Shown: piece by piece, positions 1 to 16,168 of the stretch
Position numbering within the stretch: the first letter of the stretch is position 1
Layout: every line of letters starts with the position of its first letter
Source: the human T2T-CHM13v2.0 reference genome, Homo sapiens
DNA: 64,000 nucleotides
Strand: one strand, 5' to 3'
Assembly (NCBI RefSeq): GCF_009914755.1
Contig: NC_060925.1
Translations under genes and position numbers: made by a program
The notes under the pieces: generated by a model
Told to the model about the DNA's origin: nothing
Databases searched by the model: none
The model's input: the letters and a program-made list of their open reading frames with translations, nothing else

Positions 1-777
1 ACATTTTGTTGGACTGGAACATTTTGTCATTCCAGAGAGTAAGAAAGTGTTCCTAAAAATTATGGAGGTAGATCAAATACAGAAGCCAGCTTGAAGGGGC
101 TCCCATGAGTCAAATCAGTGACAATTTCAGCATCAAAATAAATAAGAACAATAATGGAACAAATAGGAACCAATGGAACAAATAGGAACCCATGAGTCCA
201 TACTAATAATAAGTAGATACATAAATAAATAGAGGAGAAGGTAAGGCTCCTCCTTAGAAGAAAATAAAGACATAAATGTGGAGGGAACCATAAATAATGA
301 TTCAGGTAAGAACCAATCAATAATAGATGTTAACTCTATGGAGGAAAAAAAACTGACGAGGAATAGACATTTGCATGGTCTCAAAGTGTCTCCCCACAGA
401 CTGGCTCATTAGTTACAAGGGGAAAAACAGTAACTACTCACCCAAGGCTGTATCTTAACCAAGTGATTAAAACTTCACCAACTAGGAGCAGATGGACATT
501 GTGTGCTTCCTGGTGTGATATCCTCAGAACAACACAGTATCACACATACACTACATAAATACTGTCTTATGTAATACTCTGGCTGGGGTTGAAAAATTCA
601 AGTCTAATCATGAGAAAACATCAGACAAATCTAATTCGGTTTTTTTATTCTATAAAATAACTGACTTGCATTCTTCAAAAATATTAATATCATAAAAGAT
701 GAGAAAAGGCTGAGGAACTACTCCAGATTAATGGAGACTAAAGAGACATGACAACTACATGTATTAATATATAATCC

Positions 778-1088
778 AGCTGGACACAGTGGCTCATGCC
801 TGTAATCCCAGCACTTTGGGAGGTCGAGGCGGGAGGATCACCTGAGGTCAGGAGTTCGAGACTAGCCTGGTCATCATGGCAAAACCCTGTCTCTGCTAAA
901 AATACAAAAAATAATTAGCTGGGTGTAGTGGCACACACGTGTAATCCCAGCTACTCAGGAGGCCGAGGCAGGAGAATCGCTTGAACGTGGAAGGTGGAGG
1001 TTGCAGTGCCCAAGATCACACCACTGCATTCCAGCCTAGGAGACAGAGCAAGAATCCGTCTAAAAATAAAAAAAAATTAAAAAAAAAA
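778..1088 (+). mobile_element. AluS
   Basis: Dimeric Alu with A tail. Confidence 0.93.
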
Positions 1089-1288
1089 ATATATATATAT
1101 ATAATATATACACATACATACACTATATATACACACTATATATATACACACACACTATACATTGTGTATATATACACACACTATATATATACACACTATA
1201 TATATAGTGTATGTATGTGTATATATACAGTGCATATGTGTGTATATATATAGTGCATATGTATGTGCATATATATATACATACACAC
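1089..1288. repeat. (TA)n/(CA)n compound microsatellite after Alu tail
   Basis: Visible TA/CA/TG low-complexity tract. Confidence 0.9.
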
Positions 1289-1764
1289 AAAAAAAATCCT
1301 ACACTGGATCTTGGACTAAAGGAAAAAAATGCAACAAAGGACATTATTGCAACATCGACAAAATTGGAAAAATGAACTAGAGATCAAAAGTACTGTGTGA
1401 ATGTTAAGTATTTTGGATTTGACTAAGTGTAGAATGGTTATATAAGAGAATATCCTTGTTCTTAGGAAATGTACACTAAAGTGGTAAGGAAAGAGACATT
1501 AGGTATGCAGCCTACCCTCAAATAGTTAAGAAAAATAAATAATATTTATGTATGTGTGTTGTGTGTGGGGGGTGGTGTGTATAGAGAGGAAATAAATAAA
1601 TATGATAAAGCCAATAGAGCAAATGTTAAAATTTGTTTACTTAGATAAAAGGCATGTAAGGGTTGTCTGTACTATTCTTCCAACTTTTCTGTAATTTTAA
1701 AATTATTCCAAAATAAAGCTTTTTAAAAGCAGTTTGACCAATTTTAAAAGATGTTTTAATTTTT

Positions 1765-2065
1765 TTAATTTTTATTTATTTTTTTAGAGATGGGGTCTTG
1801 CTGTCCCCCAGGCTGAAGTGCGGCTGTATGATCATGGCTCACTGCAGCCTCCAACTCCTGGGCTCAAGTGATCCTCCTGCCTAAGCCTCCTAAGTAGCAG
1901 GGACTACAGGCACATGCCACTACTCCCAGTTAATTCTGTTTTTTTGTAGAGACAGGGTCTTGCCATGTTGCCCAGCCTGGTCTCAAAATCCTGGCCTCAA
2001 CTGATTCCCCATCCTTGGCCTCCCAAAGTGCTGGGATTACAGGTGTGAGCCACCATGCCTGGCCC
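1765..2065 (-). mobile_element. AluJ
   Basis: Reverse Alu with ctcctgggctcaagtgatcctcc. Confidence 0.9.
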
Positions 2066-3027
2066 CGTATTTTAAAATAAGACTGCATTAACCTGTCATC
2101 TTTAATTTCAACCATATAAGCAAGGTAACAAAATAAACTTTCCAGTGAAGAAGATCTAAAAATTAATGTGATATAAAGCATAGATAAACATTTTATGAGA
2201 GGATTAAAACTTCAACTAGCACAGCAATTATGCACTGGCGCTCTGCTTACTGTTCCACTCGGATTTCATTTTGGGCTCATCAGGGATCCCCTGAGTAAGA
2301 TTAAAACACTTTATATCTTATCTATAAATAGATCATTACATTTGCATAGAAAGAAGTTTGATAAAAATGTAGAAAGACTACTTCTTAAGTTAACTAGGCT
2401 AAAAACTATGCAGGTACCAAATTTGGCTCCTAATCTCAGTGGCTTTTAAAAGCTAATTAGCAGGAAGCACAACCCAAATATAGAAAGTGAAGACAATCAG
2501 TCCAATCTTGGGGAACAAAAACCTAAAGTAGGTGTTACTTGTGATGTATTATGCTCTGAATAAGTCCATTAAAAGCATGTAAGCATTCAACCAAAATATT
2601 TGATTTTAATTTTTCAATGATTCCAGATGTTCTTTAAGTTGAAAAAAAACAAAAAAAGGAAAAATGAAAACCAAAGGTTAAATAGGCAACACTCCAGCAC
2701 AAGCCACAAGGGGCCTCAGAAAAACACACACACCACACTCCTACAAATCCACCCGCCTAGCACCCATACAGAACGTGCCATAGGTAATTATGATCATCAG
2801 AGGCTTTTGATCTTGTGGAAGAAGAAAAAAAAGAAAACAGAAAAGTGACAGGCAGCCCTTTTTGCAATTTAATGAGTGGAATATGCTTCTACAATAGCTG
2901 GAAGCACCTTTTACTATGTTGTTTTTTGTTGTCATTGTTTTTCGCTATACCTGCTAGATTAGAATTTTATTTTGTTTTTAAATTTTTAATCAAAGCAATA
3001 TATACCATATGGTTAAAATGGCAAATA

Positions 3028-3769
<742 letters not shown>

Positions 3770-4804
3770 TAGTTTATCTTTTTACATGGCTTAGGTTCTG
3801 GCAATACAAGAAACTATTAAGTTAACTGGTTCTACATCTTGGAGATAAATAGCACTTCAGCAGTTTGAGTTCAGAATATATTTAGAGTAAACCTGATTTA
3901 TTATGTTATTATTCATTTTATGTTATATATTTTGAAATTCAAAAAAAATGCCTTGATTCCTTATTACTTTTGCTAAGTATTCTGCTCATCTCAGAGAAGA
4001 AAGTGTTTTTGGACTAGCTCTGTAAATTACCACTCTAGGCTTGTTTCAGAACCATTTTTCTAAAAACATTATTTTATAAGGTCAGTTGCTTCTAGCTAGG
4101 AATATTACTGATTTTCTAATAGGCCTTGTTGGGTTTCAAAAACACTTTTTAATGTGCTAAAATTGCCCCCCACCACCATAGCAGACAGACAACTACCCAG
4201 CTATGCACTGGTGATCTAAAAGCCATTTATGACATATTGTTATTATTATGACTTACTGTTATTACAGTATAAGAGAAGAGGCGGAACACATATGCCTCAA
4301 TCCCTTCAGAGTTTGTTTTTTGGGGCGAGGGGGTACCACTCCTCCATGACTTAAGTTTTAAAGAGGTATGCTCTGCCCCTCAGGGGAAAGCCTGCAGGTG
4401 TACTTGTCCAGCATTCCCATGAGACCAAATGAGGTTTGTCTTTGTTGCCAAATTTTGCAGCAGCCGATTGTTGCCATCTACCCAAGCCACTTTTCAAATG
4501 CTCCATCACTAATAAAGCTGAAATTGTAATTTTCAAAAGATAACAAAAAAATCTGCTAGGCCATTTAAATTCACCATACATAATACCTACCAAAAGTTAT
4601 TAACAATTTATTTTTAATCTAATCCTATAACATGCTTACTAATAGTTAACATCTAAATAAATTAATTGGAACAGGATTCAAAATGTTCTAATTCTACATC
4701 GGAGTGTTTTCAGCTTTTACCTAAACTTTGAAGTCTGTAGTCTTATCCCTCACAGATAAGACAGGCATTCAGTTTTAAACAGTTCTTATAGAAATTTAGA
4801 AGTG

Positions 4805-5106
<302 letters not shown>

Positions 5107-5599
5107 GAAATGCAGGAGTAATGAGGTTTCACTACTTGTTTTTAAACTGACACTAAACAATTATTAACATCAAATAAATTCTATGTATAGAAATACAAAA
5201 TATAAGGATTGAGTTTTTAATCTCTACTATATATAAAATAGGACTCTAACAATTACTGCAGAGGTCAGCAACTCCAAGGTTTATGGAAGGAAAAGGGGAG
5301 ACAGGAGACAGAGGGCGTGGTATTGTCTGCAGGTCATTCTCTGGCTTTCTTTCCAGTATCTCCCTTTCTCCTTCCCTCCCACTTTCCAAGAAGTTGCTAC
5401 TGTATGAGGAAATTCTGTCAAGTAGCAGGAAGGGGAAGGCTTTGAGCCTTGTAGCTAGGACTGGTAAGAACTAAGAAAATTGGTCCTATCTGTGCTATCA
5501 GATTAAGGAGGGTGTCGCCTCTGGTACTTTTGGCAAAGATGGTCAAATCCCCAACTACAACCTCACAGTGATTTGTGGCGCATTAAAAAGTTTGTACTT

Positions 5600-6479
5600 G
5601 GTCGGGCGCGGTGGCTCACATCTGTAATCCCAGCACTTTGAGATGCTGAGGTAGGTGGATCACCTGTGGCCAGGAGTTCGTGACCACCCTGACCAACATG
5701 GCAAAACCCCATCCCTATCAAACCCCTGTCGACTAAAACACAAAAAATTAGCCAGGCATGGTGGCAGGCGCCTGTAATCCCAGCTACTTGGGAGACTGAG
5801 GGAGAACTGCTTGAACCCGGAAGAGGAGGTTGCAGTGAGCCGAGAGCCCACCACTGCATTCCAGCCTGGGCAACACAGCGAGAGACTGTCTCAGAAAAAA
5901 AAAAAAAAAAAAGTTTGTACTTTTTGGCCGGCAGCCATGGCTCACACCTGTAATCACAGCACTTTGGGAGGCTGAGGTAGGTGGATCATTTGAGGTCGGG
6001 AATTCGAGACCAGCCTGGCCAACATGGTGAAACACCACCTCTACTAAAAATACAAAAAAAAATAGCCGGGCATGATGGCGCGTGCCTGTAGTCCCAGCTA
6101 CTCGGGAAACTGAGGCAAGAGGATCGCTTGAACCAGGGAGGCAGAGGTTGCATTGAGTCGAGATCACACCACTGCACTCCAGCCTGAGCGACAGAGCAAG
6201 ACTCTGTCTCATTGTATTGCCCAGAGTGGAGACCAGTGGCACAATCTCGGCTCACTGCAACCTCCACCTCCTAGGCTCAAGCAATCCTCCCGCCTCAGCC
6301 TCCCGAGTAGCTGAGACTACAGGCATGCACCAACACACCAGGCTAATTTTTCATATTTTTGGTAGAGACAGGGTTTCACCATTAGCTCAGGCTGATCTCA
6401 AACTCCTGAGCTCAAGCAATTCACCCACCCTGGCCACCAAAAGTGCTGGTATTACAGGCGTGAGCCACCACGTCCAGCC
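5600..6479. mobile_element. Alu cluster: + 5600-5912, + 5926-6211, - 6206-6479
   Basis: Three Alus; TSD aaaagtttgtactt around the first. Confidence 0.9.
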
Positions 6480-8900
6480 AAGTTTTTACTTTGAAGCAAT
6501 AGCTAAAATAGATTTTATTCACACTCAAAGCAAAGGTTATAAGCTATCTAGATTTTGTTATTCTATGACAGGTAATATAGAAATACAGTTCAGAAAGATA
6601 ATGACAGTATATCATCCTAAAGCTATTTTTCTTTCACTTTACCAACAAATTGTAATGTTCATTCTAATGAATATGGACATTTTATTCTATAATTACACAT
6701 CAAAGTATACAGTGTACTCTATATTTTAAAAATATCTAGGTAATTCTAATGGAGTACTTCCTACGAACTCCTCTAAACATTGCAAACGTACCATCATCGT
6801 CACTGTTTTACAGTTAAGGAAACTGAGATGCAGAGGTTAAATTACTTGCCCAATGTCACAAAGTTAGTAAGTCTCAGATTCAGGATTTAAACTGGCTCCA
6901 CGGGCCAGTCCAATCCACGCCTCTATGCCTCTCGGGCTTTAATAGGCATGCACATCACCTGGAGATCTTGTTAAAATGTAGATTCTGAGTTAAGTTGGTC
7001 TAAGACTGGGCCTGAGATTTTACATTTCCAAAATCATTTAGTTACACTGATGCTGCTGGTCCACAGACTGTATTTTAAGTAACAAGACTGTAAACCACTT
7101 TGCCCTGCTACCCAACTAAGCATCAAGAAAGGGGTGATATTTAACTCAGATCCTAACAATCTAAGCAAAGAGGCAATTATATCTGCAATTCAAATACAGA
7201 ACCAAGGGGCTGCTTTCAACCTATATGAAGACTTTCAATTTACAATAAAATTCAAGACCCAACTAAAAAGAACTTGATTTGTTCAATGTCCTTATTTTTC
7301 TAGTCTAAGGACAAAAGCCTATTTCTTCCTGTCCCCATACAAACACAGAGAAGAAAACAACTTTTTTTTTTTTGCAGACAAGCTTTTCCAGTTGGCATTT
7401 GACTAAAAATTACATGTAAAAACAAATACATCAAGTAAGACACAAAACTCTTGACTATTCAATTATCAAATACGTCACAAAAACCTGTAAAAGACAGCTT
7501 GTCTCTGGAACACTCTAGCTCAGCAACTTTTTAAAGGAGGGATTAGAGAAAGAAATTGTTCCAACTAGTCATGCTTCTCTATTGAAAACAACATGATTCA
7601 GACCTGACATTTAAAGACATCTCTGATGTGAATTGAAACCAATTTTCTTCTTTCAATCTAGACCAAAATTAAAATGTTTAATTCCTATTAAACTTAAACC
7701 TCATTTCTCTTTCTCAAATTCAAGCTATTTCTAAAAACTTTCTTGCACACTCCCTTTTAAAGACTATTCAGAGTTTTCTTTGTGTATGCATCCTATTTTC
7801 CCACCTTATAAGATACTTAGATAAATATAATCAATGAATTTGTTAGGTTTTAAAATTAACATTTAGTCTTACTGATACCTAATTACTATAATAGCTTTCT
7901 CCAACAGGTACCATGATGTCAGAAAAAAACACACATACATACTAAAATCATCTCTTAACACGACTATATTCTAACACTGTTTTTGAAAACCTAGAGAAAC
8001 TACCTGAGACAAGTTTAGAAGGGAAATATCATTTATAGCACACCTACCTGAAAGTAGGTGCAGGCTTTGCAATTAGGCAGACCTGGGTTTACATTCACCT
8101 TTAGTGACTGTGTGACCTACGGGCAGATTTATCTAAACTTACTATGTCATAGTTCTTTGTTTTACATGTAGTAAATTCAATTACATAGTTACAGCAATAG
8201 ATATTATAGAACCATTTTTATAAAAGGGAAAATTAAAGCTCATGGAATTTACACAACTTATTGAATCACCTAGTAACTGGAAAAATCAGAATTTGAGTCC
8301 AGCTCTATCAGACTCCAATGCCCAGGGCTTCTCCTGTGAGCCATATACGGCCTGTGGAGTTACTGACTGCTTAACTGAGGTAACAAGTATTTCCCACACT
8401 CTCAGAATGAATCTGTAATTTAAAGAAGCCTATAACTCTACTGCAGCACAAAAGCCACCTGCGTCTACACTACTGGTACTAAGACAACCAACTATTAAAT
8501 ATCAACTAGCTAGGAAATAAACATAAAAGTCAGTCTCAGCTAACCCAAGAAATATTAATACATATGTAGATAAGGGCAAAGATGACTGAGAGAATTTGCT
8601 TCTAAGGTCCTCCCAGTCTTCATACTAACAAACATCTGTTGAAGACCTACTGAGAACATATGTGGCTAGGTACCCAGTTACATTTTACCTAACATTATGA
8701 CACGATCAAGACTAAAGACCAAAACAATTTAAAAAAATTAACTAACCTAACCTAAACCACAATAAGAGTTTCTACAACTGATGCTTTAAATGATAGGAGA
8801 TTTCACTGCATCTTTGGACAGTCACCTAAAAGTAGAAGTAAATACTAAGGATACTCTGTGTAACAGAGTCAGGAGGTGAGAAAGCACTGGTCTATGCACA

Positions 8901-9890
8901 CATAAGTGCTCATATATGCACACCTGTCCTCTGTCCTGGAGCTGGTACATAAGTGCTCATATATGCACACCTGTCCTCTGTCCTGGAGCTGGTACATAAG
9001 TGCTCATATATGCACACCTGTCCTCTGTCCTGGAGCTGGTACATAAGTGCTCATATATGCACACCTGTCCTCTGTCCTGGAGCTGGTACATAGGTGCTCA
9101 TATATGCACACCTGTCCTCCGTCCTGGAGCTGGTACATAGGTGCTCATATATGCACACCTGTCCTCCGTCCTGGAGCTGGTACATAAGTGCTCATATATG
9201 CACACCTGTCCTCCGTCCTGGAGCTGGTACATAAGTGCTCATATATGCACACCTGTCCTCCGTCCTGGAGCTGGTACGTAAGTGCTCATATATGTACACC
9301 TGTCCTCCGTCCTGGAGCTGGTACGTAAGTGCTCATATATGCACACCTGTCCTCCGTCCTGGAGCTGGTACGTAAGTGCTCATATATGCACACCTGTCCT
9401 CCGTCCTGGAGCTGGTACGTAAGTGCTCATATATGCACACCTGTCCTCCGTCCTGGAGCTGGTACATAAGTGCTCATATATGCACACCTGTCCTCCGTCC
9501 TGGAGCTGGTACATAAGTGCTCATATATGCACACCTGTCCTCCGTCCTGGAGCTGGTACATAAGTGCTCGTATATGTACACCTGTCCTCCGTCCTGGAGC
9601 TGGTACATAAGTGCTCATATATGCACACCTGTCCTCTGTCCTGGAGCTGATACATAAGTGCTCATATATGTACACCTGTCCTCTGTCCTGGAGCTGATAC
9701 ATAAGTGCTCATATATGCACACCTGTCCTCTGTCCTGGAGCTGGTACATAAGTGCTCATATATGTACACCTGTCCTCTGTCCTGGAGCTGGTACACAAGT
9801 GCTCATATATGTAAACCTGTCCTCTGTCCCGGAGCTAGTGCATTAAGTGCTCATATAGTTACACCTGTCCTCTGTCCTGGAGCTGGTACA
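8901..9890. repeat. 47-bp minisatellite, ~21 copies
   Basis: Unit cataagtgctcatatatgcacacctgtcctc(t/c)gtcctggagctggta; starts at 8901, 8948 ... 9841. Confidence 0.97.
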
Positions 9891-10058
9891 AGATCATGGT
9901 TCATACTCCAGGAATGAGGGCTAGAAGACCTGGTTCCAGATCCAGCTCTGTCACTCACAGCTGTGTGACCTGGGTCAAGTAACCTCTTTAAGCCTCAGTC
10001 ACTTTAACTGCCAAATGAGTATAAAAATAGCACTTAATTTACGAGGTTGTTCATTTAA

Positions 10059-10612
<554 letters not shown>

Positions 10613-11505
10613 GCAACAAATACTGAAAAAATTGTTTAGCATCAGGTGGGTCAGAAACTACTCCCCCGACCCTTGTTTGGATTCAGCCTGTGTATTTTTA
10701 GGTATCACTAAAAGAAGTTCAAGGATCTTTTTTTAATTTCTTTTTAGTTTTTATAACAGCTTCATAGAGCTATAATTTGCAAACAATAAAAGTAACCCAC
10801 TTAAAGTGTACAATGCAACCATTTTACATTCACAGAGTTGTGTCTGCCTTGTTTTAAAGACAGGGTCTCACACCATGTTGACCATCCTGGCCTCAAGTGA
10901 TCCTCCTGCCTTGGCCTCCCAAAGCGTTGGGATTACAGGAGTGAGCCAACACACCCAGGCTCTTTCATTTTAAAAAGAGAAGTCGGGCTCCTGAGACTCC
11001 ATGTGTGAGTTTCTGTCACACGTATTTAAAGTACTTTTAATTGAACATTTTCTGTAACAAAACACTAAAACATACAAAGAAGTAAAGCATAATGCACTCT
11101 CATGTACTCATCAACCAATTTCCATAATTATCAACTTTTTTTTACTATATTAAAATGTTTCAAATACCTTAGAAGGTTAGATTAACAAACACCTCTCTAT
11201 TCAGACACATCTAGTTCCTATTCCGAGAGAAAGGGGAAAAGATATAACTACATTATCTGACACAACGGTGGCTCTTACGTCTGCTCCCTTACAAAATGTC
11301 ACTGTACAGCAAAAATAATTTTTACCAGCAATGAGTATCCATAGAAAACATAGTAATCAATCCCCCATTCCCTTCCACTATGCTATTTTGGGTCCTTCTG
11401 ACAAAATGAAAGTAAATCTCAATGCAATTATCCAAGTTACCTTTTTTCAAAAGATCTTTTTTTTTTCTTTTTTGAGACAGAGTCTTGCTCTGTCACCCAG
11501 GCTGA

Positions 11506-11673
<168 letters not shown>

Positions 11674-11875
11674 TGATCTCAAACTCCTGGCCTCAAGTGA
11701 TCCGTCCACCTTGGCTTCCCAAAGTGCTGGGATTACAGCCACTGTGCCCATCCAAAAGATCTCTTTAGATCTCAAGTTCTATAATAACTAACAGAGAAAG
11801 AGCAATACACATAGACTATAGATGTAATTAATCTGTTCCAAATACCTTCAATATGCCATCTTCCTTCTGCAGATC

Positions 11876-12252
11876 TGTAATGGTTGATTTCACATGTAAA
11901 CATGACTGGGCCACAAGATGCCCAGATATGTGGTTAAACATTATTTTTTGGTGTGTCTATGAGGGTTTTTCTGGAAAAAAAAATAGCATTTGAATTGGTG
12001 AACTGAGGAAAGCAGATTGCCCTTTTAAATGTTAGTAGATATCATCCAACCTGTGAGGGCCCAATTAGAACAAAAGAATGGAGAAAGGGTGAATTCTCTC
12101 TCTCTCTCTCTGATTACTTGAGCTGAGACATCAGTCTTCTCTTGCTCTTGGACTGAGACCTAAACCATCAATCCTCCTGGTTCTCAGGCCATTGGACTCC
12201 ACTTTCCTGGGTCTCCAACTTGCAGAGAACGGATCATGGGACTTCTCAGGCT

Positions 12253-12289
<37 letters not shown>

Positions 12290-12522
12290 CATATATACAT
12301 ACATACATACACATAATCATATATGATCATATATATAATTATATATATAAACTCATATATGAGTATATATGATCATATATGATTATATATATATGAACTG
12401 ATATGAGTATATATATGATCATATATGATTATGTGTATCCATAGAAGATATATATATAGAGAGAGAGAGAGATCGATCGATCGATCAATACTCTACTGGT
12501 TTCTCTGGAGAACCTTAATACA
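11876..12522 (+). mobile_element. MLT2 (ERVL) solo LTR with internal TA microsatellite
   Basis: tgtaatggtt...gactgggccacaagatgcccagata...tttctctggagaacc..aataca. Confidence 0.82.
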
Positions 12523-12530
12523 GGGGTTCA

Positions 12531-12683
<153 letters not shown>

Positions 12684-14606
12684 TTAGCCAGGAATGGTGG
12701 TGTACACCTGTAGTCCCAGCTACTGGGAAGGCTAAGGTAGGAGGGTCATTTAAGCCCAGGAGGTCAAGCCTGCAGTGAGCCATGATCATGCCACTGTACA
12801 CCAGCCTGGGCAACAGAGCGAGACCCTGTCTCAGAAGCAAAAAAAAATTCCGTAACTTCTAACATCAAAGTGATCCTCAGTTTGCCATGAGAGGTAAAAT
12901 GGTGGGTCAGCCCAGGGCATATAATCTTTACACTAATGGTTATCACCTAAGGGCAACATGCAGAAAGCCACAGCAGTGCTCCTTAGTGATAGGATCCTCA
13001 ATGTTATAGATACATCCTCAATGTTACAGATGGTGGTACTTCTTACCCCCATATAAATTGATTTATCATGTGTCTACATCTATCACATACATAAGCATCA
13101 TGTGGCACAAAGTGGTATTACCCCAGATTTTTTTTTTCCACAGTTACAATGGTTGACGAAAGCCACTCTGTCGCCTTTCCTGGCCTACGTCAGGGCCAAG
13201 TTCAAACCCTCTCCCTAACTGCAGATTAGCAGTCATGGTGGGCTCTCCACAGCTCTCACTCAGAGGTGCCAGTACACCTCCCTGCACATACAGCGGGATA
13301 AACAGCTAGGCAATCTCAGTCAAGTGCTTTCTTCTAAAGAAGGGCCAGCCCCTGAACTAAAAGACATATAATTTTGGCCAATAAAACTAAGGTAACAAGT
13401 TCCATATGTTTTATAAACATAAGATACGATAAAAAACACAAAGTGCTCCAGTTTCAGATACAGGGAAATCAAGGCCATATACTTCTCAGTAGGGGAAACG
13501 TCCAACAAGATCCTGGGAAACCAGCAGTTGGGGATAGAAAGAGGCAAACACTGCTCCACAGACAAGGGCAGACCAAGGAGCCTCTGATTCCCCAGAGTCT
13601 ACAGTTATATGCAGATCTCTCAAGGGGATGAAACTAGTTAACCCAAATTTCAGGTTTCTTCTGACTTAGACCATATGTCCTTACAGCACCAGGTTGAGCT
13701 CATTGCCCCTCTCTTGAACCTAAACAAAGCCCAGCTGCAGACTTAGAAAGGATTTACTGTTCATAACAACAAAACTAATTTTCTACTGTACCCAGACGAT
13801 CTCCTCTAAAAATGTTCCTTTTTAAGTGACCAAGTTAAAGGTAAAGGATGACTTCCCCCTCGATGATATGTATATTTCAATTGATGTGCCTGAACATTAA
13901 GAGTTAAGCTGTTGATAAGTCCTTGAAATCAGGCATTCTCATAAAACATTCACATTAATTCAAGCAAAACATTAAAGAGCATTACATAATGAGTCATACT
14001 AAAATGGCAATGAAAAGAACAACCATTAAGACACCCAGAGTATCAGTTTAGCTCCAGTTATCATTTATAGCATGAAAACATGTCTTGAGACTAACATCAA
14101 AACACTTACCTCAGCCCCCAGAAGTATCCTGTTCTTCCCCTTAAATACACAACATTTACCAAAAGCACTGTTTTATGCAAATACAAAAGGCTAATCTAAA
14201 AATGAAACTAAAAAAACTTATTTGGAAGAATATTCACTAAGCTATCTCTATTGCAGATGTAAAGGCTTAAAGGACCATTTAAGGGAAAGGGAAGGCTGTA
14301 TAATTATGTAATAATGTTCTCTGATACAATTGTGGCTCTCACATAAGCTTTCTTAAAAGAGAAGAGCTATGAACAATTAAGATGGCATAGCACAGGAAAA
14401 AAAAATGACCAGCAATGAGCATTCACATTCTTTCTCCTCTCTCATCCTCTCTGCTTTTTGGGACCTTTCCAATAAAAGGAGAGCAAATCTAAATACAATC
14501 CAAGTCATTTTGTGGTTAATTCCAAATAATGTTCCATATTTTAATAAATCTACCATTGCTTTTTCACAATTGTAACAGATGCCACTCCCAACTCCTTAGA
14601 TGTGAA

Positions 14607-16168
14607 ACCTAAAAACATATCACTTCAACCAAAATACCTAAACTATTGTACTAGTTACACCTAAAAACACATCACTTCAACCAAAATACCTAAACTATTG
14701 TACTAGTTACACCTAAAAACACATCACTTCAACCAAAATACCTAAACCATTGTACTAGTTACACCTAAAAACACATCACTTCAACCAAAATACCTAAACC
14801 ATTGCACTAGTTACACCTAAAAACGCATCACTTCAACCAAAATACCTAAACCACTGCACTAGTTACACCTAAAAACGCATCACTTCAACCAAAATACCTA
14901 AACCACTGCACTAGTTACACCTAAAAACGCATCACTTCAACCAAAATACCTAAACCACTGCACTAGTTACACCTGAAAACGCATCACTTCAACCAAAATA
15001 CCTAAACCACTGCACTAGTTACACCTGAAAACGCATCACTTCAACCAAAATACCTAAACCACTGCACTAGTTACACCTGAAAACGCATCACTTCAACCAA
15101 AATACCTAAACCACTGCACTAGTTACACCTGAAAACACATCACTTCAACCAAAATACCTAAACCATTGCACTAGTTACACCTGAAAACACATCACTTCAA
15201 CCAAAATACCTAAACCATTGCACTAGTTACACCTGAAAACACATCACTTCAACCAAAATACCTAAACCATTGCACTAGTTACACCTGAAAACACATCACT
15301 TCAACCAAAATACCTAAACCATTGCACTAGTTACACCTGAAAACACATCACCTCAACCAAAATACCTAAACCATTGTACTAGTTACACCTGAAAACACAT
15401 CACCTCAACCAAAATACCTAAACTACTGCACTAGTTACACCTGAAAACACATCGCCTCAACCAAAATACCTAAACTACTGCACTAGTTACACCTGAAAAC
15501 ACATCGCCTCAACCAAAATACCTAAACTACTGCACTAGTTACACCTGAAAACACATCGCCTCAACCAAAATACCTAAACTACTGCACTAGTTACACCTGA
15601 AAACACATCGCCTCAACCAAAATACCTAAACTACTGCACTAGTTACACCTGAAAACACATCGCCTCAACCAAAATACCTAAACTACTGCACTAGTTACAC
15701 CTGAAAACACATCGCCTCAACCAAAATACCTAAACTACTGCACTAGTTACACCTGAAAACACATCGCCTCAACCAAAATACCTAAACTACTGCACTAGTT
15801 ACACCTGAAAACACATCGCCTCAACCAAAATACCTAAACTACTGCACTAGTTACACCTGAAAACACATCGCCTCAACCAAAATACCTAAACTACTGCACT
15901 AGTTACACCTGAAAACACATCGCCTCAACCAAAATACCTAAACTACTGCACTAGTTACACCTGAAAACACATGACTTCAACCAAAATACCTAAACTATTG
16001 CACTAGTTACACCTGAAAAGACATCACCTCAACCAAAATACCTAAACTATTGCACTAGTTACACCTGAAAACACATCACTTCAACCAAAATACCTAAACT
16101 ACTGCACTAGTTACACCTGAAAACATATCACTTCAACCAAAATACCTAAACTATTGCACTAGTTACAC
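14607..16168. repeat. 52-bp minisatellite, ~30 copies
   Basis: Unit acct(a/g)aaaacacatcacttcaaccaaaatacctaaactattgcactagttac; ctagttac recurs from 14651 to 16159 with 52-bp period. Confidence 0.97.

Larger units (their letters stand above)
200..1730 (+). mobile_element. Old L1M 3'UTR relic interrupted by Alu and microsatellite
   Basis: ggagactaaagagacatgacaacta, gagaatatccttgttcttaggaaat, tgtactattctt.caacttttctgtaa. Confidence 0.65.

Noticed and set aside
5563-6729. Many 60-170 aa ORFs here and in other Alus
   Set aside because: They are Alu-derived translations ([14 protein letters not shown] motifs).
9427-9917. Repeat-protein ORFs over the 47-mer (and the VHLGS ORF at 50688-50948)
   Set aside because: Translation artefacts of tandem repeats.
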